Under the pieces are notes generated by a model. The model was not told the DNA's origin. It made no database searches and saw nothing but the letters and a program-made list of their open reading frames with translations. DNA of 64,000 nt from Marsupella aquatica (taxonomy: Eukaryota > Plantae > Marchantiophyta): contig OZ316891.1 of the NCBI GenBank assembly GCA_973895155.1, positions 1,851,324 to 1,915,323 on the forward strand. Reading direction: 5' to 3'. The translations under genes were made by a program, and so were the position numbers. Below, one piece after another: positions 12,170-26,612 of this stretch (positions within the stretch are counted from its first letter, which is position 1; each line of letters starts with the position of its first letter).

Positions 12170-15100
12170 TTAGGTGAAAAGCTCGCTGCCCAGGGTCACG
12201 GTGGCTGTTCCATCACCTCCACCGGTAGTAAGGCCCCTCTCCATCTCCAGTGCAAATTCAAGGTCAGCAACTACTTCAGTCATATCCGGTCTTTTCCACC
12301 CTGTTGCTTCCACACACTTGAAACCAACCTCCACGACCTTTCGCATAGCAGATTCCATATAATTTGATCCCAGAGTATCATCAACAAGAGCACCCAAATT
12401 CCCTGCCTGCAAAAGCGAGCGCCCCTGCAACCATATTCACAATTGCAAAATTAATCAGATTCACAACATGCACCATTATCCTAAACGCGATGGTAGTCTG
12501 AACAGTTGCCGGCATTCAAACCAAGCATTCATTTCGAAGACGAGACAAGAGGGTACCCATTCCACCAAGCTCCACTCTGGGCGAGGTCGATTCATGCAGA
12601 TGGCCTCCCGGCCACTAATGAGTTCCAACAAAAACACACCAAAACTGAAGACATCACTTTTTGGCGTCAGCCGTTGTATTTTGTAGTACCTGAAACAGGA
12701 CAATCATGATATCAGCACTAAGACCATGTATACCATATACGGACACGGAGATAAGGAAAACACTCACAGCCAACTATAAATACATGGGGTTTACTTGTCT
12801 GTACTTAGGAAATGCAGACAGCATTTAGTCAAGAGGAAATGTTCAAGATATAGGCACCGGAAACGTGAGAGGAGGTTGAGATAAAGGTGGAGAGCCATAC
12901 TCTGGATCTAGAAAGCCTGCAGTCCCATCTCCACTTGACGATGAGACCAAAACAGGCCCCTCTTGCAAAAGCCGACCTTCTGAGAGAAGCCGAGATAGTC
13001 CAAAATCTGTCACCTTGGCTACTAGGCTTGCATCCAGCAAGACGTTGTTGGTCTTAAAGTCCCTATGGATGAGTGAAGGTGCCATTGTGTGCAAATGCTC
13101 TAATCCTGCGACCAGAAAAGCAGATTAATCTCACCGCTGCTGTTGCATGTTCACGGAAGAAGCGACGTGATGTAGCAATAAAAGAGCTCATTATGAAGAT
13201 ATCAGGCTTGCAGAAACTTCAAGGTTTTAATCAGACATCACCCGTTCGAGACAATATCAGCGCGCCGGATCAACTGGCCTACTTTGATTCCCCGAAGAAC
13301 AGTCCGGAACATCGTTCAAATCTGATTTCATGATTTATCAACTCAACTCTAGCAAGGCCAATAATGAACATCACTATACCTTTAGCAGCCCCTAGTGCTA
13401 TTGATAACCTCTGCTTGAAATCAAACTCTCCAATAGCAGCTCCAGTAGTGTCTGCCAGGCCAAAAGCGAACAACATCTCAGAATCAGCGAAATTGTAGTA
13501 GATCAGCAACCATACAAACATGCCGCCAACTACTGGAAAGTTTTAGCCAAAATCAATAGAATCAGAAAATCGCCAAAGGACACTTTTCCATTTTAACGGG
13601 CGTACCATAGAGGTGACTACAAACACTTCCATTAGAGACATAGTCGTAGACCACCATCTGCTGATCGTTCTCTTGACAGAATCCCAGTACATTTACGAGG
13701 TTCCTGTGCTGTATTTGAGCTAGAGAATCAACCTGCGAGCCATAAATACATTAGATATGGTTAGTACACTTGATAGCGGAATGGTGAACTCGAATATCAC
13801 ATCCAAATAAATGTATTGTAGCTGAAGATTTAAGAAAAAGTTTGTCATAGGGGACAACCTCCATCCCATCTTTGTTGCATAGATTGCTTCACATGGAACG
13901 ACAACAAACTACACCAGGCTACAGCTTGATAAATTTCAAGTTTGGGTCCAATAAAGGCAGTTTGTGACAAGAAGATCGGGAAAAAGACTTCCACATAATA
14001 TACTTAACCTCGAACACACATTCTAGCCTTTTAGACTGGCACTTGGACAACAGATGAGACTTCTTACTAACCTCCATTGCAAAATCTCGACTGGCATTGC
14101 CTGATCGTCTCTTTACAGCCACTATAGTTCCATCCTCAAGGAGACCCTTGTAAACAAACCCAAAACCGCCCTCTCCAATCAAGTTGTTTGTTGAAAAGTT
14201 CTTCGTAGCATGCTCGAGCTCTTCGACAGAGAATACTTTCGCTGTATGTGTTTCAGGAACTACTGCCGGCCCACCTCCAACCGGGGGTGCTTCAGGCCCT
14301 TTTGCCCAATCAACTGCTCGGACCACATCAGAGAAAAATCCATAGTTTATGAATATCTACTTCGCGATCAGATACAAAGGCAGCGGGAACAATGTTCATA
14401 TCGTCACGACGTGAAAACATCCTGACAGTCAGTTTTCAAAGATACACAGAGAAAGCAATCAACCTGAATGTTAGCTATACCTTGAGCAGAAGGGTCGGAT
14501 GATCCTGTATCAGAGGTGGCACTCGGCCAACTCTTAGCTCGGAAAAGACAGCATGCAACGAGAATTACAGTGAAAACAATCAAAACCACAGCTCCAGCAA
14601 CACCTCCAACAATTGCAGCCACGTGAGTATTCCCCTTGACAGACGGTGGTATCGCAGCAACAGGTCCGAATATGAGCGCAGGTGCTAGGCCTGGGCCGCA
14701 CACCGGTACTCCATATCCAGGTAGTAATGAACAAAGTCGATTATTCCCATCAACGCTGCAACAGAAAGACACGTTCCAATCAGCATGTCTAGTTATCAAG
14801 CCTCCAAACTAGCACACATGACGTAGACCTGGATTTCACATTTTATTGTATTCAATAACATTATCCCGATTGGCCCCCTACTGTCTACGCTCTCAAGTAA
14901 GCCACTCAAGTAGGCACCCCATTCAGTTTCCTGCACACTCTGGTTATTCCATCTTAAGGTGATCAAAACCATCGCAACTTCTTGATACCATACATTGCCG
15001 ACTGGAAATGCAAACGGACACTGCTGAAGTACCAGCAAAAAATAAACACCACCGTATACAATAAACGATAATCGAGAGGCTCTAAACACTCACACGATAC

Positions 15101-17798
15101 GCGCGACACGAGCTGCTGAATAAGTGAAGGGAAGTGCTCCACTGAGATCGTTATTAAATAAGTATCTGGTGAAAGAATCATAGCAAACGGTCAAGGGATA
15201 GCCGAAGTTGAGATATGAGCCCACAAGTATCCTCCGTAACAAACGATCAAAACGAAGGCCACTGATCGATGGGATAAATTTGAATAAAACTGGACAATCA
15301 TCCACAATTGACAATGTGAACATCTGAAAGTTGGTCATACGGAAAGTACCCAACATTCAAAATACACGCTTACCATAGGTGAAAGTCTTTTGAATGTATT
15401 GAAAAGATGAAAAGTAAAGTGGCAATCTGAAATATCTATTTCAACAATTCATGGTAATGATACCAATACTCACAATTCTTTTAGGTTGGGTAGCACGCCA
15501 AGACTTTCCGGAACACTCCCACTGAAGAAATTGTTTGAAAGTCGCCTGTGATTCATCGTCACAGGAGACGTTAGTTTCCGATCATTTTCGCTGAGATATT
15601 CCATTGATACATATCCTCAAATACACATTAAGACGTGACATTTTCGCCAGATCAACCCATGGGAACTGCTCTCTTCAAGATGGACACATTCAACTAGTGG
15701 ACCCAATAAAATAACAAAAACCAACGTAAGGTCAGAAAAGCTTAAAGTACGACTATTGCTTCGGCAACGGAAGCTTCGAGAAACGGCTCGGGAAAAGTTG
15801 AATAAACCATGAGTATTTTTCCCAGAAATGCTCTCGGAGAAAACGTTTCAGATTATAACGCCGTACTCCCTACTGACCGACAGCGAATATGTTTTCCATG
15901 GGGATACTCTCTACCTAGCTGAGTATGCAGCAAAGGAGAAGGTTGCAAATCTTACAGTGAAGTCAAGTTCCTCAGCTCTCCAAGTTGGGAGGGTATTGGT
16001 CCAACAAATGAATTTGAGTCCAGCCATCTGCAGAAACCAAAATCAGGAATGCTCGCCTTGTTTCCGATCCCAACAGACGTTTGCCTGTGAGCTAATCCGA
16101 ACAATAAATTTGAAAATTTGATTTGGTCTCTCTTGGGTCACATTCTCTCTACAAGCCACGACAATCTTCCCGTGCGCAAGTCGAAATTATTTTCTAGCTT
16201 ACAGAAGCACGAGTCACTAAGCAATGCGCTAGAATTGTAGTCGTAGGGACACAAGGACGGCAATAATGCCAGACAAGTTTGTAGACTGTAGATACGCACA
16301 ATGTCCTTAAGGTCGTCAACTTCCCGAGCACTGGAGAAAGAGTTCCTGTGAGCTTGAGATTTGAGAGCTTTCTGTACAATCAAATTGCGCAAGCTGCATC
16401 AGAAATTAGAGATCACATGCGAATGTACCAAACTGCTCGCCAGATCTAATCGCTCCATTCACTTCCTCGCGAATAAGCCCATTACTATTAATCTTCCCAA
16501 AGAAGTAAAACAAACTGTAGACAGGATTAGCTAATTCAAACTAGCATGCCGTGACCAAATGAAAGAAGACTGCACTCACAGGGACGTAATGCTAAAATTG
16601 TCTTCACATTCAACACCTATCCATCCCGATGAACATGGATCACCGTGTCCCCAACTCGTTAAAACAGGAGGATTCTGCACGGACACGCGGAATGCTTGCA
16701 ATGAAGCCACTGCGGACAAACATTGCGGATACGTTAGATACCAGTGCATTATGTCTTGACTGTAATGAAGGAGCAAATCCCACCTGAAATGCCTGGAAAG
16801 TGGCCTCAACCTGTGAGATGCATTCGTGCATTCCGTACCAAGTGAGGAACCTGGCCTAGATATGTATTCGTGAGCTTCAAATCTCATCAAAAGTGCAGCA
16901 AAACGGTCAGATGCTACTGTACGTACAATCACTTATCGTATTACAAGGGACAAGCAGGTGGCTTCCCAGTGCGTCAAATGACAATCGCAGGTTGTTCCAG
17001 TTTCATCTGAGAACACACATAAAATAGAGTTCATTGGCAAAGCTCTGTAAGAGTCCAAACTCGGGAAATGTCTAGCATTCTCTGAGGTACCGGGTCTCAA
17101 CATTCGTGGCTCCATCAGTTCCACCGAAGAACCAAGCCTTCTGCAGTAGCGATAGGATCATCAAAGGTCCAATCTAAACGATTCACGGTCAACAAACACT
17201 ATTTCCTAAAGGCAGTAAAAACCATGCTGACCCATGCTGACCGACGGCAACATCTTATACGAACCGTCGGCAGGATCATTCGTTACTCTAGATAGGCAGA
17301 GGAGTGAGCCAGAATAGAAGGGAAGAAATGGTCGAAGTTACCATCAATTCAGTGATGACTATCCAACACACTGCTCTTGTCAATCATGACTTAGCTCCAC
17401 GATCTCTCAGACAAAGCAAGTCAGAGGAGACCTTACACAACTTCAAGGTTTTCCTTCAAATCTAAAACGAATCCCAAAGGTCCTGTGTCCAATTCCGGCT
17501 CGCAGCCTCTTGACAAGTTTTCGTTCATAGTTTGAAACCCGTTCGTTACTCAGTTTTCAAATTTCAGCGCAGAGAAGGCAAAGGATAATAGAGGGAGTGA
17601 TCTACCTGCAATTTGCTGATAGCGCCGATAGGAGGAAGCAGCGGCCGGGCAGAGCAGAGCAGCAAAAATGAGAGCAACAAGACAGTGCAACCACAGAGTC
17701 CTCTGGAGATCGGTGCCATTCAAGCGACAACGCCTGCTATTACTGCTGAGAAAACTACCATCGAGCAAAAATCTCGGACATGAATGCCCAATCCGCAT
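12170..17798 (-). CDS. LRR receptor-like Ser/Thr kinase, about 13 exons
   Basis: Approximate exons: 17798-17606 (signal peptide); 16709-16580 ([22 protein letters not shown]); four LRR exons of about 72 nt (16371-16300, 16028-15957, 15546-15475, 15165-15094); 14756-14480 ([11 protein letters not shown]); kinase exons 14323-14072 (IGEGGFG, VAVK), 13732-13609, 13452-13380, 13105-12900 ([21 protein letters not shown]), 12690-12558 (KSDVFSFG) and 12426-12170. GT-AG borders visible. Confidence 0.92.
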
Positions 17799-18954
17799 GG
17801 TGGTGCTTGCATGCTATAAACCCACGCCCCTCCCTCTAACGATCCGGCCACCCTCGCTCCAATCCCACGCAATCCAGCTCCACCGAATCCATTTTCCATT
17901 TCGCTCACAAGAATTTCACACAAAGTTGCAAAACCCAAAAGCTTCCGTCCCTCATCGCTCCTTCCCCTCCCCTCGCTCTCTCATCCTTTCTCCTCTCGCT
18001 CTGTTCGGGTGCTTTCGATCTTCTTCGTCAACTCTCTGCCTCTGTCTCTGTGCGCTCTTCTTCCGCGCGTTACAGCGGATTCACGAGAGAATGGACGCCT
18101 TTACAGCACATTTCAGCAGGGCAGCGAATTCGCAAGCTGGATTCAAAAAAGAGGCGCTGCAGGAGAAAAAGCATTTTCCTGCAGCAGCACAGAGGGAGAA
18201 GGCGAGAAGCAGACCAAAGCAAAAGCCAAAGCCAAAGCCTGAAGAAAAGGAATTGTCGTCCTCCGACCTCCTCTTTCTCAGACCCAAACTGTTGTGCCTG
18301 ACTTGACTCCTTCAAAGGCGCAGGAGGCGACACGACGAGGCGGAAACCTGCCGGGTTCCACTCTCCCTTTCCCGAGCACCCCTCTCACTGTTCCCCCCCG
18401 TCGACACGCAAGCGAAATCGGCAACCCGCCCGGTTTCCTGTCTGCCGAGAAACCCCCCAACCGGAAGGGGGGGTAATTTCACATCAAATCATAACCCGAA
18501 GGGTGCTGGTAATTTTGTACGTCAATATATTTGACCCGTAATTGCACATCAAATCACAACCCGAAGGGTGTCGTTAATTGTACATCAAAATATTTGACAT
18601 ATATAAAATATATGCGCCTATGTACTGTAGTTTACATAAAAATATGACACATAGGAATATATTTAACAATTTCATATCATGATAAATCCTGTTATTTTGA
18701 TTATCTTGCACTACATATTATCACGTTTTTATACGTGCTTACTAGTAAGGGAAGAGGAAACTCACGACTCCACCTAGGACTGAAATCTAAATAATATTTC
18801 AGACTATTTTTATCTTAAAGTACACTCTAATATATAGAAATTAAGATCTAACGGTCAGGGTGGTGCGTTCATCTTCGTGCAAAACCGTAAATCTGTAGAT
18901 TTACTGTCCAAATGCAAATACGGTGGGAATCACAGCATCGGGCCTGGGATAGAC

Positions 18955-19269
18955 TAGGGCGTCTCAAACTTAAGCATTTGGAATTCCGAATGGCACCCGG
19001 GATTTCACAGTCGCGGGCCGCCCGGATCAGGTGGTCGGCCCACCGATTTGGTGACCGTAAAGTTTTTCCCGGGTTTTTTTGATTACAATTTTTCTTTGGA
19101 AAAACCCAGGTCTAACCCGTGCCGGGACTCCTTTGAGGTGCGAGGTAAAGTTCAGACCCCCAGTTTTTTGGGACCCGATTTTGGGTACCGGTGTTCAATA
19201 TCGGGCGGCGATTAGAGACATCCGGGTGACCGGAAGGAGTCCTAGAACGCGTAGGGTTGAGACGCCCTA
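18955..19269. mobile_element. hAT-like MITE
   Basis: Perfect 13-bp TIR tagggcgtctcaa / ttgagacgcccta and ccgg-rich interior. No TSD found. Confidence 0.6.
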
Positions 19270-21356
19270 CTCTTGTTGAGGCTGACGGGGACTATGCCGG
19301 CGGCTGGAGTTCCCATTCCAGCGGTTTGTGAACCATCCTGTCCACCTCTTACTCCACGAGCTCTTAGTAAATTCTAGAATACGATGACATCGTGTGATCC
19401 ACACTGTAGAATATACATATGGATGGTCACGATTAAGTGACGGAACTTCCACTGGAATAAAGTTATTTAAAAGGAGATGTGGGTGCAGTTCTGACGACAG
19501 ACACAGCTCCACTCTATACATGAAGAGAGGCAAGAAAATGCTAGAATGGAGTTACACAAGGATATGATAGAAGATGCTCTCGGGTTCAATCTTGACAAAA
19601 CACCAGTTCGATTTCAGTACATCAGTTCACTTTCATGCTACATCATTTCTATTTAATGATGTTAAATGCTATCTGAAAAACTTGCATTGTGTGACTACCT
19701 GTGGATTAAACCACCACAGTTAGGGGAAACTAAAACGTACATTTAAATTTATTTTTTTAAGAGAATTACTCACTCATTTTAGTAACCTGGATCCACGTAA
19801 TGAGTGAGAAAAGCATTGAGTCCATGATACGAAAAAGGCCACGACAATAATAAATAATGCCTTAAAGAGGGAGAAGGGGAATGCCCGAATGGTCTATGTT
19901 CTATACCCCCCACTATTACAGGTTGTGTCGCCAGCCTGCACTACAACATTTTGTCTGCAAAAAAACAAAAGAGAAAACAAAAACTTTATTGTAGCGAACG
20001 TTGACTGGATACCATCGAGCAAGCATATTCCGCCTCCTCACATCAAGCCATCGTCTGCCGTCACTGGCCAGCATGCATCCGGCATACCTGTCGTAGTACT
20101 GTACTCTTGAGAGTCTGTACATTACCGACGATCGGCAACATCGTATAATTAGAACGTTCTCAAACATATATAGTTGTTTATTGAAAGTCACAAACCTCAC
20201 CGTAGATATTGGATATCGACGGTTTAGAGAAGTAGATTCTGCTTTATCCAAATAATCGGGTACGACACGATACTTGGTCCGACCGTATAGTACACGGATG
20301 AGCGTATGTACGTACCGAAGGGGACTTTATATACCAGGAAACGATTGAAATGATTAGGCGACCATTACTCTCGTACCGTTGATGCCATCCATCCACGACC
20401 CAGATATGGATGTAAGTCTTCACGAATTGGAAAACACGCGGTTTAATAATTTCATGATAAATTGCCTTGGTCACTGGCATTATTAACTCTTCGCTGTAGG
20501 TAAATATTCCCTATCAGGTACAGTTCTCAGCTGTTTTATCGTCAGTTCGAACCCTAGAGGTATTGCCCCTCGTTGGTCCACTTTAGATATTGTAATGAAA
20601 CAGATCACCTTTTTTTAAGTCCTTAACTCATAATGGGTATTTGAGTCATATCCTCGGATAAAATCTCAAATGGAACATTCATCCTTAGATCTTGCCTTTG
20701 GGTCCTGTCTCTAGCCTTTGCGCTGTTTGCCTTTTGGTAAAGTTCTAGATAATCCAAACTTTAAGGTTAGATAGGATTCAATGCATGATTGATATAAACC
20801 TGACAAGACTAATTTTCTGAGTCTACAAGTAGTCTGGACTTATTCAATATTTTGGCCGATTTCACATTGTAGTGTGAAAAATTGTCATTGTGAGCCAAAG
20901 TTGCAAAATTAATTATTTCTTTAACAGACTTAAATTTTTTGCACTTTCAAAGTTTGGACAATATTGCCACTCCCACAACAATTGTCTTTTTCTAGGGAGC
21001 CCAGTAAGATTGCCAGGTGAAGGAAAGACAAAAGCTCATGGCTTTTTACCCTGTTCACATCTTATCACTCTTTCCTCCATAGCAGATTTTTATGTACTTA
21101 TTGTTTTGTTTTGTTTTGGAATGAAAGCAAAAAAAGAGCCCTTCTTGCATTACAAAATGTTGGGTTAGTTCTTAAACTGTTAAGATTTACTTTTAGGTCT
21201 AGAGTTACAACAATATCGTAGTGAAGGCTAACCTTAGTTGCAGACCAGGTTAGGTTAGTCATGTTATGCACACACTATACCCAGGTGTTTGCTTGGAGAG
21301 TAGGAACTCAAGCTCATTGTGATGGAGCCACTTGAGAGATAGGAAGAGCTTGTGTT

Positions 21357-21658
21357 CCCAGGGTCCTCACTTCTTTTCTTCCGACCCATCACGCGCAAAT
21401 AATTATAGGGTTTTTTATTGGGTTTAGTCAAATGCTTTTAAATTTTTGTTGAAGAACATTAGGGTTATTTTAATCCAATTTTGAGAATTATAAGAATCAT
21501 AGGATTTTTATTATCAAATATGAGAATATTCTTGGAATATTCCATTAAGTTAGGGGTAAAAAATTCCTATAAAAAAATATTGACTTAACTTTTAGGGTGG
21601 TTATTCCCCCAAACTTTTGAGCGTGATATGGGACATTGCTTGGATTGAGGCCCCCGAG
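21357..21658. mobile_element. MITE, 8-bp TSD family
   Basis: TIRs cccagggtcctca / tgaggcccccgag. TSD cttgtgtt / cctgtgtt. Interior shares aatattcttggaatattcc with other family members. Confidence 0.7.
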
Positions 21659-24600
21659 CCTGTGTTGTGAATGTTTGGTATAGCCGATCAACTTAAAGTG
21701 CAGTAAAGCTCTTGTGTGTTCCCATGGACGTAGTCTCATGTGAAGGTGAACCACGTATCTCTTGGTGTCGATACTTGTACGTTGGATGATTAATGGTTTG
21801 TCATTGTGATTCTCGTCTTTGCTCAATATAAACCACCATAAACAACATTTTTGTAAATTTAAGAACATTATTGACTTATTTTGGTGACTTGGATCCACTA
21901 GGTTTGGCTTCAAAAACAGTCGCGGTTCAAAGACCATGCTGGGTTGGTGCTTGCCTTGCTGGCCGGTTATTGCATGGCAGGCTTAACCACAATTGGGTTA
22001 ATTTTTCTGGGTGTGGGAATTTTTTGTTTGTTTTTGTCTTGAATGGAGCACTTTATTTACAAGGAAAGTAAAACCCAATAACACCTGGAGTAAACCAGCC
22101 AGACCACAAAAAACGGTCCAAGGCCAACAGCGAGTGGGAATTCTGACCACGGAATATATCAATAACTACCTCAAGAGTTCCTATGCTGGCATGGAAATCG
22201 TGGGTCAGAAGGCCCATTTTGCTGGTAGTTTTGTAACCCGACTTAGTTTTTCAACCTCAGGTAAATCTAATCGTCACTGGTAATGTCAATAAAGGCTCTC
22301 CTTGAAGATCGACGGTTCGAATAAGGAGATTGATTGGAAAGAAGTTTACAGACGTCGATCCCCTCCGAACCCGTTACAACGTAAAGACAGCGTGGCACGG
22401 GGCTCGCGTCCCGTAATCAAGGCACGCGGGGCAACTTGTGAGACGTAACCTGAGTTGTGTTTGCAGGAAAGAATAAACGGCCCGGATGCGTCCTTAAATT
22501 CCAACTGGAAGTTTTTAACCGTCGATCACCCAGCAGCACCAGAGTGCTCTCTCTAAGGCAGGAGCCTACAGTTACTGTAGAGGGCTGTGGGCACGGGGCC
22601 GGTGCAGGCGTGCCTTCGGGACTTGGTCGCTGGAGCATTAAAGAGGCGGATTTCTGTTCAATTATTATGCAAGGGAGGCTCCCCACTCGATGCAGTCATG
22701 CGGACATTTATTGTTGGCCTGCTTTATGTGGAAGGCCACCCTCAGTGACTCAGTCCCTCACCCAAACGGTAACATACTGTGGAGGGGAATGACGGAAATG
22801 AAATTAAGGCCTTCCGTTGGAAAGGATTGATGGCTTGTTTGTGTATGTGAGACCATTTATTGTACTGCGTTGTGAACTGGAGGGGATGGTTGTGAACTGG
22901 AGCGGATGTTGCTTTCTTCTCATGGTTGATTTTCCTTTGCGCCTTGGCCGTCCCTCCTCCTTTTTTTTTCGAACCGTTTCAGCCTGTTTTTAAGTACACA
23001 ACTGTTATTGATCTGAAGCTGACACCAAGGCAAGGCAGCATAATATTGTCATAATATTCAAGCTCAGCTTTTCTCTTACAAGTCCATTAACAGCACGTAA
23101 CCTGGAGTGATTAGTGCGGATGCGGGCCCGGACTACAAGACACTACATAATTATGTGGCAGGTGCAGACGAAGATCGAGAAACGTCCCGCACTTTGATGG
23201 AGTTGCTATTGTGGAAAGAGTGTAGGGTTTAGGATCTGACTGTAAATCTTCTCATGATTTTCTAACGATAAAGCCAGGAAAGGTGATACTAAGGCTACTG
23301 GCCAGGAATCATGGATTTGAACTACTTGAACTTGGGTGGGGCCTACTCTACGTTGGCCAGTTCCATCTTGTCAAATGTCAATGCTAAGCAGACGACATAA
23401 GCCACTGGTATCAAAGCTACAGGAAGTGTTGAAATGATCACGTTGGAGCGAATTGGACTATTTGGACACAAACAGTTCTACATATTTGATCATCCTCGTC
23501 TCCACGATCTATTCGATTCCATGGCAAGCTATGGTCGGACAGTAGGACGGTAGCCCGTGTCTTCGCTGCACGGCATCTGAGATCTCTAGCGGGCATCTAG
23601 AAATCATAAGCTCGAGGATCTTGTCCTACGTATCCTATCAAGAAACAACAACTGGATCAAGAGTCGGGTACTAAGCTGTGGTAGGTAAGTTGCCCAACAC
23701 AGGGCTTTCGTTTGGCTGAGGAGGACATCGCTCGCGGGAGTGGAAAGACGACTTGAGACAGGCATGGAGTTGGGCATTGAGTGCTCTTCGCATGGAGGTG
23801 TTTGAAGGCACGTAATGTCGCTCCACCTTGTACACAATTGTTGATGGATTTCATGACCGACCCTTGGGTCTAGAAAGGTTGTTAGTCTTGATCTGCTATC
23901 ATCTACTGGTTTGGGTTATTGTGATGAATTTAGTTTTCCGAGTTAATCTCACTCAATCGTACGTAGGTAGCGTGCTGACTGCCCATGCCAGGAATTCCAA
24001 GAATTTAAACTGTTCAAGGAAAAGATGTGAGGTGTTTCAAATATTGCTGGAAGTTTGCTGCCGATCGACAAGGAGAGTCATTTTTCGGCACCTGTTTCGA
24101 GGACACCACCAGAATTCGATACTGCTTAGCTTATGGCTGCAGCTGTGAGAAAAGCTGGATGTAGATCCATTTAATTAATAAAGGTTCATACCTTTTCAAT
24201 CCAGATCGAAGCTTAATGGCCATAGAAGTTTCCTGAAAGCTTTGTGTTACTCACCCACAATATAATTGTTTAGTTGTCAAAAATACCAGAATATTTTATA
24301 TTCATTTTCAAAGATACCAGAAGTTAGCACCGGTATATGCAGTTCCAAAACCCGATCGAAACTCGCAGATAATGTGCAATGAGCTTTGTTATCTTCATTG
24401 AATTTAGTTCGAGTGGCAACACGTATGAATCCTGTTCTCTCCATACGCTGCCTTCCGGTCTAGATCAGTCATCGCACTCAAGCTTAGTCAGTTTCAAATA
24501 GGTCTCCACCGCTGGCTACATGGTATGTCATGTGATTTTGTGTTTCACCGCGTTCCCCTCAGGGAACTATATGATCTGATTCCCTTCGTGCTAAGCAAGT

Positions 24601-26612
24601 ATTTTTATTCAAAAATGTGTCACTCGGTTGCATGCTTCATAAATATTTATGTGCAAAGTTTGTAATCCTCGACTCAAGATTGCATTTAAAGAGTCTTTTC
24701 AAAGTGAGGGCTGCTTTCACAATTTTGTATGACCATATTGATCTTCAGATCGCCATCCTCTCACATTCTGCTCCGAGTTGTTTAAAGCTCATACGAAACC
24801 TGAGCTTCTAAACGAATTGAACGAATCGTCAGGACTGGTGGAGGGATGACTTTTGTACTTCTGTACTTGAATCTGTAGTTCTGTAGCTAGAGGTACGGGA
24901 GGACACGCTAACCGTCTGATCTGGTGGCCCTAGCTAGATGATGGGACGGCATAGCCGAGCTTGAATATGCTACTATGCCCACGTATCACAAAACGTTCTC
25001 CAAACAAAAGACGTTTCCTGCAGTGTATGTGGGAGCACACAAAGAAAAGAACTTGAGATGAGCTCATCGTAACGATGGGTCAGATATATCGAGCACGAGA
25101 TCGAGACTAGGCTTCCTGCCTTCGATAGTACCTCATTTGTCGTTCGTATCCATAAGCTGCAGCAGACTATGTAGGGACCTCTTTCTCCCCAACTTTTCCT
25201 GTTTCCGAACAGCGTTGTCTTACATGGCATCGTGAGAATTCGTTTGTTGGTTAATTTGGCGTTTGCATGGATCGAGCATATGGAAGAGCCGCTAGCATTT
25301 TCTTCCCCTTTCTTTGCTTGATCAGTTATTCTAGGGCTAGAAGTGTTCTTCAACGCTGCTAATTTTTTATGATGTGAATACCAAATATTGTAAACCAGGA
25401 GATTTTTTACAACCCTCCTACTGTCGCATTTTTTTATCGAAATAGTTTCCAGACTTCTAGGAATACCTTGAGACCTTATTGCAGAATGGTCAGACCTATG
25501 ATAGGCCTGGAACTGCAAAGATCACAACCTGTTGGTAGTCCAGAATGAATGTGAACTCTGGCGATACCAACTTGCTCAGAATAATTAAACTAAATCCCTG
25601 CGAGAGTTTTATCTTCGTATGCTTCTGGACTTTCTGGAATTGCCCATAAAAGAGTGTAATTTAGAGAATTGTGTCTCTTGGTAACGACACTAAATTCTGA
25701 ACCTGCATGAACATCGTGTTCAGTTGTGAGGAAAATAAATAGGAGTTAACAATCTTTCACAAATTAGGTATACCAAATCTTTGTTACCAGGGCATTCTAG
25801 GTCACAACTATAGTTATATTCTGAAAATAAAATTTATTAGTGAGGGGGGCCTTACAAGAATGAGCCAACAGACAAGTCTTCATTTTCTAAGCTCGGATTC
25901 CTGGGCATTGGCTCGCCTCCCAATATGGAAAACCACAGCGGTATAATACTTCGTGTGCAGAGGAACTTGAAATTGATGTTGATAACGTTGTTCAGTGGTT
26001 CCGAGAACACTCTGGCCGGGGACTCAGAATTACCGCCTCTAGGCCGGTCACCAGATGAAATACACCAATCGACTAACTATGATATGCTTTGACTTGTCTT
26101 GTGAAGCAAATATAGCAGTTGTGAGAAATTAATATATGGCGATAATAAACCACTACACCTATTATCAATGTCGATCTGAGGCAGTTTTCGATCTTCCAGC
26201 TGTCACTTACCTTCAGCGCTGGTCGCTAGTCATATGTAATAACACTTGGCCAATCCCTGAGTTTCTCAGAATTCACTAGTCATACGTTCTGTGTTCCTTA
26301 TTTCAGCGCTGGTCACTCGTCATGTGTAAGTACTCACGTACTACTATAGTGCATGGCCAATCGTTAGCTCCAATCCACTCATCTCGCATGTCATTCGTTG
26401 GTCGCTCAGACACTCGTGTCCTGCTGGACTTTGGATCCTTACGTAACCTATTTAAGCCAAGGAAGCCCGTCAAAACTTCACAAAGCAGTCGGGAATCCAT
26501 CGCTGATCGACCGTTAAAGATTCTTCCTTCGCTCAGAATTTATCTACTTCTCGTGCATGCGTTGTTATTGTTAAGCGTCAGGCTTACGGCATGCACTTAT
26601 CCTTTTCAGCAA

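Noticed and set aside
17668-18476. Several overlapping ORFs upstream of the kinase
   Set aside because: GC- and CT-rich 5' UTR and promoter of the LRR kinase, with no recognisable domains.
19267-20480. Three short - strand ORFs that might be exons
   Set aside because: No recognisable family and no consistent splice model.
23000-23950. Coding-like degenerate stretch
   Set aside because: Many stops in all frames I read, and no family could be assigned.
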